Source of the DNA: a virus
Lineage: Duplodnaviria; Caudoviricetes
IMG/VR virus record: IMGVR_UViG_3300035002_000023
Location: 1 to 27,465 of that record
Reading direction: 5' to 3' (one strand)
DNA length: 27,465 nt
Shown here: piece by piece, positions 18,018 to 26,341 of the stretch
Layout: each line of letters begins with the position of its first letter
Numbering within the stretch: position 1 is the first letter of the stretch
Translations under genes and position numbers: made by a program
The notes under the pieces: model-generated
Database searches by the model: none
The model's input: the letters and a program-made list of their open reading frames with translations, nothing else
What the model was told of the DNA's origin: nothing

Positions 18018-18236
18018 GTGAAGCGCTTTTTCCTCACTGACGCGGACAAGGCCGCCATGACCGCCGTTCCCGGCGTCGCCGCCGTAACCCAGAATCGTCC
18101 CGACCTCGGACTGGCAGCCTGGCTATCGCGCAACGGCCACGCTGATCTTGCTGCCCAGCTTGCGGCCGGCAAGTTGACCCCGCGCGCAGCATATGAAGCG
18201 TCACGGCAGCGACCAGCCGCGAATTGGCCCTTTTGA
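18018..18236 (+). pseudogene. Probable orphan fragment of an internal virion protein
   Basis: AAWLSRNGHADLAAQLAAGKLTPRAAY resembles, from recall, a motif of alphaproteobacterial podovirus ejection proteins; no clear RBS. Confidence 0.35.
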
Positions 18237-18264
18237 CGGGCTTGCCCATTGGCAAGAGGGCCGC

Positions 18265-18417
18265 TCACCCCAATGGCCTACCGCCGAATAGAGAAAAAAG
18301 CGGCGCGAAACGCATAAAGCACAGCACGAATATGATCAGTGACGTCAGCGCCGCTATCACATACTTCCACTGACCATGAAAGCTCTTCTTGGCAGAATTG
18401 GCTGGGTTGGCCGGCAC
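18265..18417 (-). CDS. Small single-TM protein, antisense (about 50 aa; start uncertain)
   Basis: KKSFHGQWKYVIAALTSLIIFVLCFMRFAPLFSLF hydrophobic segment; convergent with 18018..18236 across a hairpin at 18226-18262. Confidence 0.45.
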   Translation of the reverse strand: MPANPANSAKKSFHGQWKYVIAALTSLIIFVLCFMRFAPLFSLFGGRPLG

Positions 18418-18769
18418 GGTCGAACTAATGGCCACCAAGCCGGGGCCAATCGAGATCGAGGTGCGAGGCGGCAATCCAAACCTGGTCTGGGACCCCAACG
18501 ACGTGTTTATCATGCCCGACGGCACGCGTATCTGACCACCAGTCGATGTGCTTGAGGCTCAGCGTAGCATTGCACCTGCGATGAAGCCCAAAACAGAACG
18601 ATCGCGGCGAATACCTCCCACATGAGCAGACCGCCGCGTTCGATCCCAGCATGAACCGCTCATGCTGCATTCCCCGCGCCAACTCTCCACGGCTCCGTAT
18701 GAAGGGCGCGCCTCCGGCCGAACAAGCAAGATCGCGGGCAACGGCCGCCGCGACGGCGGCAATCAGTCG

Positions 18770-18940
18770 TTAGCGCGGATAAATGAAGATTGCGAACAAG
18801 ATCTGTACAACGCGCACAACAAACACAAACACGCTCAAGAGGCCCGCAGCGGCAATCACCCCCAGCGCCACGCTCATGGCTAGCGGATCGGTGACCCCGA
18901 TCAATCGCAGGGCGCCGAAAAGCCACTCCTGGAACTCCAA
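18770..18940 (-). CDS. TDPLA membrane peptide, copy 3 (56 aa)
   Basis: TTG start with the same CGATGGG...CGCACAG leader as copy 2; EFQEWLFGALRLIGVTDPLAMSVALGVIAA... Confidence 0.7.
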   Translation of the reverse strand: MEFQEWLFGALRLIGVTDPLAMSVALGVIAAAGLLSVFVFVVRVVQILFAIFIYPR

Positions 18941-19142
18941 CTGTGCGCCCCCATCGTTGCCCTTTACGCCCCGACGATGGGGCTGGGTCCTCGCGGCGGC
19001 AAGCACCCTCTTGCCCCCCACTCCCGTCCCAGCAGCGCGAACCACTACCCACTCAGCGCCTTGCGTGCGACCAGCTGAATTCCCTGCGCATTCAATGCGT
19101 GGGGGCTGAGACGCGTCCATCCCCTCCCCCGGAGACTTCCCC

Positions 19143-20138
19143 ATGGCAGCCATCTGGCCCGGCTCGCGCGTGCCCAATTTCGGCATCGGCGACCGTCTCT
19201 CTTTCTACGATACCGCCACCTCGACGCCGCAGGTGGTCTATGCCGATGGCGCGCTGAGCGTGGCGCATGATCAGCCGATCCGTGCCGATGCGCGCGGCAT
19301 GTTCCCGGTGATCTACCTGAGCCCGGCGCCGGGCAGCTATCGCCAGAAACTCACCGACGCCAACGGCGTCTTGATCTTCGACGACGACGATATCGACGTG
19401 CCGCAATCGGCCGATTACGAGCCGCCCGACCCCGGCGTCACCGACCCGACGCTGCTGGTCAGCACCGGCATGCGCATCGGCTATTATGGCACCGCGGCGC
19501 CGGCCGGCTGGGTGCGCTGCAACGGCCGCAGCCTCGGCTCGGCCGCCTCGGGCGCCAGCGAGCGCGCCAATGCCGATTGCCAGGCGCTGTTCCTCCACCT
19601 GTGGACGGCCGACGCGACGCTCACCGTCAGCGGCGGCCGCGGCGCTTCGGCGGCGGGCGACTGGGCCGCCAACAAGACCATCACCCTGCCCGACTACCGC
19701 GACCGCATCGCCATCGGGCTCGGCGCCATGGGCAATACCGATGCCAACCGCATCCCCGATACGCTGATCGATGGCGGGGAGAACAACACCACGCTCGGCG
19801 CCACGGTGGGCGCGGCGACCCACACGCTCACCGCCGGCCAGATGCCGGCGCACCTGCACGCCAAGGGCACGCTGAAAATGCCCAACCACGGGCACCCTAC
19901 CCGGATGAACCCGGCCGCCAATGTCGACAGCGACACCTATGGCGGCATCGTGGTGCGCGGCCTCAGCGGCCCGCAGAACAAGGTGGCCTGGACCGGCGCG
20001 CCCGAGGATCTGCTGGGCCGGCAGGTGGGCGGCTCGGGCGCCATGGATCTCGATGGCGACATGGCCAATGCCGGTAGTGGCGAGGCGCACCCCAACATCC
20101 AGCCCTCGACCTATGAACTCGTGATCATCAAACTCTGA
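19143..20138 (+). CDS. Tail fibre with virion-attachment N-domain and tail-collar domain
   Basis: N-terminal FYDTATSTPQVVYAD...PIRADARG; collar motif APAGWVRCNG...LPDYRDR; HxH motifs and C-terminal HPNIQP...IIKL. Confidence 0.85.
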   Translation: MAAIWPGSRVPNFGIGDRLSFYDTATSTPQVVYADGALSVAHDQPIRADARGMFPVIYLSPAPGSYRQKLTDANGVLIFDDDDIDVPQSADYEPPDPGVTDPTLLVSTGMRIGYYGTAAPAGWVRCNGRSLGSAASGASERANADCQALFLHLWTADATLTVSGGRGASAAGDWAANKTITLPDYRDRIAIGLGAMGNTDANRIPDTLIDGGENNTTLGATVGAATHTLTAGQMPAHLHAKGTLKMPNHGHPTRMNPAANVDSDTYGGIVVRGLSGPQNKVAWTGAPEDLLGRQVGGSGAMDLDGDMANAGSGEAHPNIQPSTYELVIIKL

Positions 20139-20146
20139 GGTCCGGC

Positions 20147-20485
20147 ATGTACGAGCTGCAGTTCTTTGCCACCGACGATGCCGACTGGGCGCAGCGGGTG
20201 GACCTGATCGACGACGCCACCAACCTGCCGCTGGTGACGGCCGGCGTGCTGTTCGAGCTCGAGGTGAGCGAGGGCGGCGCGCGGCGGCTGTTCGCCTCGA
20301 CCGCCGACAACAGCATCGAGATCCCCGAGCCGGGCACCATTCAGTGGCGCTTCAGCGTGCCTGAGCTTGGGGCGCTCGATATCCGCAACAGCTATCGGGT
20401 CGGCTGCCGGATGACCAATGGCACCGGCACGACGCAGCTGTTCACCGGCACCCTGGCTTTCGTCGGAGGCGGGTTCGGCAGATGA
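20147..20485 (+). CDS. Small fibre adaptor / Ig-like tail accessory protein
   Basis: 112 aa, beta-rich, between two fibre genes with an ATGA overlap. Confidence 0.6.
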   Translation: MYELQFFATDDADWAQRVDLIDDATNLPLVTAGVLFELEVSEGGARRLFASTADNSIEIPEPGTIQWRFSVPELGALDIRNSYRVGCRMTNGTGTTQLFTGTLAFVGGGFGR

Positions 20486-22071
20486 GCGACACCATCACCC
20501 CACGGCTGAGGATCAAGGCGCAGCCCGAGATCGCGGTGCGCGCCAAACCGGTGCCGCCGCCAAAAGTGCGGCTGCGCGTCACCCCGGCGCTGCTGCCGAT
20601 GGAGATCGAACTCCGGAACACCGGCGCCATGGTGCAGTGGCGCTATCTTGGCCAGGACTGGCAGGATCTGATCGCCATCGACGACCTCGATACCACGGTG
20701 ACCGTCGGCACCGTCACCACGCTGCCGCCGGGCTCCCCAGCAGCGGTGGTCAATGTCGGCACCAGCAAGGACATGGTGCTGAACTTTTCCATCCCCGCGG
20801 GCATCCAGGGCATCCAGGGCAACGCTGCGACCATCGCGGTGGGGACGGTGACCACGGTCAGCCCGGCGACGCCCGCCGCGGTCAGCAATGCCGGCACCGC
20901 CAACGATGCGGTGTTCAACTTCGCCATCCCGCAAGGCGCCGCCGCGACGCTCGCCGTGGGCACGGTAACGACGCTGACGCCGGGCAGCGCCGCCACCGTC
21001 ACCAATGTCGGCACCTCCGGCGCCGCGGTGCTGAACTTCGGCATCCCGCGCGGCGCGCCGGGGCTGCTGACCTCGGTGGTTGCCGGCGCCAATGTCACAG
21101 TCGATAGCACCGACCCGGCCAACCCGATCGTCGCCGCAGCCGGCAATGTCAGCGGCCCGGCCAGCGCCGTCGACAACCGCGTCGCGCTGTTCAACGGCAC
21201 CACGGGCAAGCTGCTGAAGGACAGCGGCGTACTGCTCGGCAACGTCGCCTCCCGCAATATCGGCACTACCGCCGGCACCGCGGCGGCCGGCGACGACGCC
21301 CGCTTCGAAACCGTGCCGAACGACTATGTGACGAACGCCAAGCTCGCCAACATGGCCAACGCCACGGTGAAGGGCCGCAACACCGCCGGCACCGGCGACC
21401 CCGAAGACGTAACCATGGCGCAGCTGAAGACGCTGCTGGCGCTGGCCGCCACCGACATCGTCTCGGGGACGTTTGCCGATACCAGGCTGCCGACCCGGCT
21501 GGGGACATTGTCCAAGACCATCACCGATTGGAACACAGCCGTTGAGAACCGCTGGTACATGGCCTCGGGCCTTGGCGCAGCGAATGCGCCGAACGGCTCG
21601 AACAACTGGTTCTACGGTGAAGTTATCAACCACCAGGGCGCCGGCTGGTGCACGCAGACGCTTTACGATTTTGCCTTCGGCGTCCCTATCGTGCCGGTCT
21701 GGCGGCGCGCCCAGCAGAACGGTACCTGGGGCCAATGGTACCGCATTCGCGAGGACGCCATTCTTGCCACGCGCCCCGTCGCCGGCACGACCGACACGCT
21801 GGTCTATGCCGATATGGGCGGCGTGGTGGAGTTCCAGAGCGGATCGGCGACCACGTGTACCGTGCCGCCGAACAGCTCGGTCCCCTACCCGGTCGATACG
21901 ATCATCAACCTGATGCAGTACGGGGCGGGGCAGGTGACATTCGCCGCCGGCGCCGGGGTGACCATCCGCTCAGCGGGATCGCGGCTGAAGCTGGCGGGTC
22001 AATACTCGGCCGCGTCTCTGCGCAAGCGCGCCACCGACGAATGGTGGCTGTTCGGGGATACCACGACATGA
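20482..22071 (+). CDS. Modular long tail fibre
   Basis: Three VGTVTT...NF.IP.G repeats, VTNAKLA repeat, knob-like domain (WNTAVEN...NGTWGQW), C-terminal GAGQVTF...WWLFGD domain. Confidence 0.85.
   Translation: MSDTITPRLRIKAQPEIAVRAKPVPPPKVRLRVTPALLPMEIELRNTGAMVQWRYLGQDWQDLIAIDDLDTTVTVGTVTTLPPGSPAAVVNVGTSKDMVLNFSIPAGIQGIQGNAATIAVGTVTTVSPATPAAVSNAGTANDAVFNFAIPQGAAATLAVGTVTTLTPGSAATVTNVGTSGAAVLNFGIPRGAPGLLTSVVAGANVTVDSTDPANPIVAAAGNVSGPASAVDNRVALFNGTTGKLLKDSGVLLGNVASRNIGTTAGTAAAGDDARFETVPNDYVTNAKLANMANATVKGRNTAGTGDPEDVTMAQLKTLLALAATDIVSGTFADTRLPTRLGTLSKTITDWNTAVENRWYMASGLGAANAPNGSNNWFYGEVINHQGAGWCTQTLYDFAFGVPIVPVWRRAQQNGTWGQWYRIREDAILATRPVAGTTDTLVYADMGGVVEFQSGSATTCTVPPNSSVPYPVDTIINLMQYGAGQVTFAAGAGVTIRSAGSRLKLAGQYSAASLRKRATDEWWLFGDTTT
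20695..21053 (+). repeat. Three tandem coding repeats of about 39-45 aa in the tail fibre
   Basis: TVGTVTTLPPGSPAAVVNVGTSKDMVLNFSIPAG / AVGTVTTVSPATPAAVSNAGTANDAVFNFAIPQG / AVGTVTTLTPGSAATVTNVGTSGAAVLNFGIPRG. Confidence 0.85.
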
Positions 22072-22748
22072 TGATTCCGTTCGGGGTGTACGCGGCGGAT
22101 CGAGACCCCTACTTCGCCAACGTGTCGCTGCTGCTGCATTTCGATGGTACCGACGGCTCAACCACCTTCTCCGATAGCTCGAGCAACAACCTGACTGTCA
22201 CTCCGTCAGGCCAGGCGCACATCGAAAACACGGCAGCGAGATTTGGGCCAACCTCGGCTCAGTTTGATGGTAGCGGGGACTACCTGACGGTTTCCTCAAA
22301 CCCACTGCTTAACTTTGGCAGCGGTGACTACACCGTCGAGTGCTGGATGTATCTCACGGCCAGTGTGGCCGCGGCAGACAAGCGCATCGTCAGCGGCACA
22401 GGAAACAACGGCTTCGAAATACTCATCGGCAGCGGCAACATTTCGATTGGTGTACAAAACATTGGTCAAGTCGTGGCGGGAGCTTTCAGTCCGGCGACCA
22501 ACCAATGGTATGCGGTGGCATGCGTGCGGTCAGGTGGCACAGCAAGAATATACGTCGACGGAACCCAGCTGGCCTCGGCAGCGGACTCGAGCACCTATAC
22601 GCAGCAACAGTTTCAGATTGCGGGACGCTCTGCGACAGCTAGCACCTCATTTCCGGGATACTTGGACGAGTTGCGGGTCACCAAGGGTGTGGGGCGATAT
22701 GCCGGTGCAAGCTACCCCGTTCGTAGTCGGCCGTTTACTGATCGTTAA
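22068..22748 (+). CDS. LamG/concanavalin-A-like lectin, probable fibre-tip receptor-binding protein (226 aa)
   Basis: ATGA overlap; DPYFANVSLLLHFDG, FDGSGDYL, DYTVECWMY, WYAVACVRSG, GYLDELRVTKGVGRY motifs. Confidence 0.85.
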   Translation: MMIPFGVYAADRDPYFANVSLLLHFDGTDGSTTFSDSSSNNLTVTPSGQAHIENTAARFGPTSAQFDGSGDYLTVSSNPLLNFGSGDYTVECWMYLTASVAAADKRIVSGTGNNGFEILIGSGNISIGVQNIGQVVAGAFSPATNQWYAVACVRSGGTARIYVDGTQLASAADSSTYTQQQFQIAGRSATASTSFPGYLDELRVTKGVGRYAGASYPVRSRPFTDR

Positions 22749-23505
22749 CGGCAGGACGAAACCGCCCCAAGAACTGCCGAATGTAGAAACTGCTACGCCG
22801 CCGATGATGCCGAAAGAACGGCGCTGCGTGTTGGTTCCGATCGCTGGGATCTCCGAGCGGGTGAATCCCGTGCTTTATCGCCAAGATGCTGAGAATCGAT
22901 TGATCGTGCCGGTGGTCTTTGAAGCCCGGAAGGTTTGGCAGGCCCGACACATTCGGCAGGTCCGACACCTTGCGGTCATCCATCGTCTCCTCAGCTAAGC
23001 GGCGAAGAAACTCACGGCTCTCATCGCCGACGCGATAGATCTGGAACGCAGCCTGGAACTGCTGAGCGTCGTGAAACCGAGGCTCGTCCGCATCCATCAT
23101 GACGAAACAGTCTCGCTTGGTCCACACGCTCATTGGAAGCGATGGTGTGCCGTCGTGTCTCCGACCATGCTCAAACAGCACGATCGAGCGTCCGGCAGCC
23201 ATTGCAAAAAGCGGGGCTGGGTCCGCGATCAACTCCACTGCTGCATCACTATAGAGGACGAGGTCTCCCTCCTTCGCGTGACGGAACGTGTCCAGGATGA
23301 TCCATGGCTTCCAGCGCCAATAGCCGGCACCGCGACGAGCCATCATCTTCTCTGGCTCTCTATGAATGAGCGAGCGGATGACCGGTGACCATCGCGAATA
23401 TATGCGTGTCCTAAGACCGTAGCGACGCGTCGAGCGACGAAGCAACAGCGCCGGAATCATATACTCGTGCGTAGCAAACGTGACGTGGTGAACCTTCATT
23501 CGCAC
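22735..23505 (-). CDS. Putative glycosyltransferase-like protein (start GTG 23505 or ATG 23499)
   Basis: GAGYWRWKPWII, VLYSDA, WTKRD and DHRHDQSILS motifs; antisense to the phage operon. Confidence 0.65.
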   Translation of the reverse strand: MRMKVHHVTFATHEYMIPALLLRRSTRRYGLRTRIYSRWSPVIRSLIHREPEKMMARRGAGYWRWKPWIILDTFRHAKEGDLVLYSDAAVELIADPAPLFAMAAGRSIVLFEHGRRHDGTPSLPMSVWTKRDCFVMMDADEPRFHDAQQFQAAFQIYRVGDESREFLRRLAEETMDDRKVSDLPNVSGLPNLPGFKDHRHDQSILSILAIKHGIHPLGDPSDRNQHAAPFFRHHRRRSSFYIRQFLGRFRPAVNDQ

Positions 23506-23779
23506 TTGTTCCGTCTGCCGCGCGGCCTTCCAGTTAACGTAGAAGATCCTCTACCGCGTCCCGTTTTCCCCGTGAAGGCGGCACAGCATATCCCAGCTTC
23601 GTGCTCGGCGTGCAGACACCATGGCGACACTCGTCCGCGAAGATCACTTGAGCTGCCGCCTAGCTTTGGGACAGCCATCCCCACACCGGTCGTGGTGCTT
23701 CTTGACCTAGCCGGTTGCTGCATATCGCTGTTGCGTGTGACCTTGCTTGGCGACTGTTACCACAGTGGTATGACGACCA

Positions 23780-26062
23780 CTACCAAACCACCCGCAGCGC
23801 CTCTGCGAGTTCGCTCAACAGCTCTCCCTGCCGGAATCGAGCGAGGGCACTCGTGCGGCCCGCCGCGCCCAGGCGACGGGCCAGCGATCGATCGCGCGCC
23901 AGGGCCTCCACATGCCGCAGCAGTTCGGGCTGCCCCGCCTCCCCGGTTGGGTACAGGTAGCCGGTAACCCCGGGTTCGATGATTTCCGCGGTACCACCGG
24001 CTGACGTGCCCAGCACCGGCAGGCCGAAAGCCATGGCCTCGGTGGTCACTCGGCCGAAGGCCTCGCCCCTGCCGTGTGCCGCACCCTGCGAGTTCATGAC
24101 GAAGGCATCGCTCGCGAGGTAGAACGACGCGATCGCCGACTGCTGCACATAGGTTCGGGCCGGAGACAGCACGGCCCGCTCGTCTTCGGTCAGTTCCTTG
24201 AGAAGGGCCGAGCGGTCGGGGCGACCATGCAGCCCGATGATCAGCAGCTTGATCGGGAGTTTGCGCGCCGCCGCCAGCCGGGCGATCGAGCCGATGAGCA
24301 TTCGTTGCCCCTTTCTCGGCTCGAAGCTACCCACACAAAGCAGGACGAAATCATCCTTCGACACACCAAGCCGCCTGCGAATGTCGTCGCGGCCGAGAAC
24401 GACCGGACGTTGCCTGCGGGCTTGCGGTCTTGCCGGAAAGGGCAGCGAGGCGCGATCCGTCTGCTCGATGAAGCCATCGCTCAGCGGCGGATGCATGACG
24501 TGAACCCTGGGCGGCAACGCTGCGGCGGCCTGCCAGGCGGAGCGTGCCGCGGCGCTGTCGAAGATCGCCAGGGCCGCCAGGTGCAGCAGCTCGGCGGCGT
24601 GCGAGAACATCTCGACATCGATCTCGTGTACCCACCAGACCAGACGCTGCCCCAGAAAGGGGTTGCTGGCCAGGCACCGACGCACCCAGGCGGCGGTCAG
24701 ATCGCTTGCCGTATTGGCGATGACGGCGTCGGAGGCAGCCGCGACGGCAATGGCATTTTCGATGGGGATCAGGGGCACGCCGAACTGACACGCCAGATTC
24801 CAGCCCGTCACGTCGTCCGCTGCCGTCGCGAGGCGGACCGTGGCGCCGCACTCCATCAGGGCCTGCGCGGTTTCCAGCAACAGCAGTGGCGCCCCGCTGC
24901 GCGACAGATCATGCGAAACCAGCAGGATCTTCCTGCCGGCATAGCCCGCACTGTCGCGAACCCGCGGCGCCGACGCCTTCGGCAGGGTCGTCGTCAGTGT
25001 TTCCCGGGTGATCTCGTCCGGCCTGTCACCATCCGGCCGCCTGCCACGTTGACCGGCGACGACGAACAGGCGATCGCCGAGCCGGCCGGCGACCGGGATC
25101 TTGAGGGTGTACGGCAGCTGGCCCAGTATCGACCACCGATCCGCCACCGGATCGTAGGCTTGTATCGCGCCGGTCAGCCGCTGGTAGAATTCGTCCGGAT
25201 CCTTGTAGACCTGCCCGCCGATCAAGAGGATGCGGCCATCGACCACCACCGTCGAGGAGTCGCAGTGCGATACGGCGATGGGAACGTCCGCCACGCTGCT
25301 CCAATCGCCCGAAGGATCGGACAGCTGGAAGGCCGATGAGAGGTAGATCTCCGGTGTTCGACCCGTGCAGGTGCATTGGGGATCGCCTGCGATCGGCTGG
25401 AAATCGCCCTGCTGACCGCCGAACACGTAGAGAATATCGCCTACGACAGCGCTCGACCGGTGCATCCCGGCTACCGGAATGGGCTGCTCGTCCCGCCAGC
25501 TTACCTCGTCGGGGCGCCCCTCCGACACCGCAAGGCTCCAATGGTCGGCCCTTGCCGTCCAACGATCTTCGTCCGCGCCACCGACGACGTGCAGGCGCCC
25601 GCGCCAATACTGCATTGTGGCCGCGTAGCGAGGGGCCGGTACTGGAGGCAGCTCGCGCCAGCGATCCTCGCGGGTATCGTAGGAAAACACGTTCGGTACC
25701 GCGGGGCCGCACTGCGGCCCGAGCTGTCCTGATGCGAAGTAGATATGGCGGTGCCCATCCGAAGCGACCGCACAGTGAGAATGCGCCAGTCCGGCAGGGG
25801 TAGCTATGCGGCCAACCCAGCGTTGCCTGCGCATGTCGAACACGAAGATTTCTTCGTTCGTCACGTCCAGCGATTTGTAGCCGCAGGCAACGTAGAGCAA
25901 GTCTCCGATCTGGGCGCCGCCGGCGTCCAGCAGCGGTTCGGGGCACGGCGCGGCGTTCGTCCATTCCAGTCCATCCCGCGGCGCCCTCCGCCTGAGCCAC
26001 CATGCCTCGGCCTCGCGCCCCCATCGCCTGGGGTTCTTCAGCCACGCAGAAACCCGGACCAT
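23780..26062 (-). CDS. Kelch beta-propeller + GT4 (GT-B) glycosyltransferase fusion (760 aa)
   Basis: Kelch GG...Y...W blades in the N-half; C-half with VSHDLSRSGAP, RKGQ and EAFGRVTTEAMAFGLPVLGT (GT4 E-x7-E). Confidence 0.9.
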   Translation of the reverse strand: MVRVSAWLKNPRRWGREAEAWWLRRRAPRDGLEWTNAAPCPEPLLDAGGAQIGDLLYVACGYKSLDVTNEEIFVFDMRRQRWVGRIATPAGLAHSHCAVASDGHRHIYFASGQLGPQCGPAVPNVFSYDTREDRWRELPPVPAPRYAATMQYWRGRLHVVGGADEDRWTARADHWSLAVSEGRPDEVSWRDEQPIPVAGMHRSSAVVGDILYVFGGQQGDFQPIAGDPQCTCTGRTPEIYLSSAFQLSDPSGDWSSVADVPIAVSHCDSSTVVVDGRILLIGGQVYKDPDEFYQRLTGAIQAYDPVADRWSILGQLPYTLKIPVAGRLGDRLFVVAGQRGRRPDGDRPDEITRETLTTTLPKASAPRVRDSAGYAGRKILLVSHDLSRSGAPLLLLETAQALMECGATVRLATAADDVTGWNLACQFGVPLIPIENAIAVAAASDAVIANTASDLTAAWVRRCLASNPFLGQRLVWWVHEIDVEMFSHAAELLHLAALAIFDSAAARSAWQAAAALPPRVHVMHPPLSDGFIEQTDRASLPFPARPQARRQRPVVLGRDDIRRRLGVSKDDFVLLCVGSFEPRKGQRMLIGSIARLAAARKLPIKLLIIGLHGRPDRSALLKELTEDERAVLSPARTYVQQSAIASFYLASDAFVMNSQGAAHGRGEAFGRVTTEAMAFGLPVLGTSAGGTAEIIEPGVTGYLYPTGEAGQPELLRHVEALARDRSLARRLGAAGRTSALARFRQGELLSELAEALRVVW

Positions 26063-26341
26063 GCTGTCTCCCGGTCAGAAGCGGCACGGTACCGCCCGGC
26101 AGAAACCATAGCGCGCCATCAGATGATCGACCATCGCAGGCGCCTGCTCCCTTGTCCCGACACTGTCGCGGGCTCGATCACCCGCAACAGCTCGATGAGA
26201 ACGATCGCCGGCGGACCCCCGAGTTCGCCAAGGCGATCGCGCTGGCCGACGGCAGCAGCCGATCGGTGTTCGCTTTCATGATCTTCCAGGCCGACTAGTC
26301 GCGCCGCAGGCTGCGGCGCCTCCTCAACATCGGAGACCCTC

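Noticed and set aside
21648-22067. N-terminal extension of the LamG ORF (366-aa model)
   Set aside because: Off-frame overlap with the fibre gene; the ATGA-coupled start at 22068 is more plausible.
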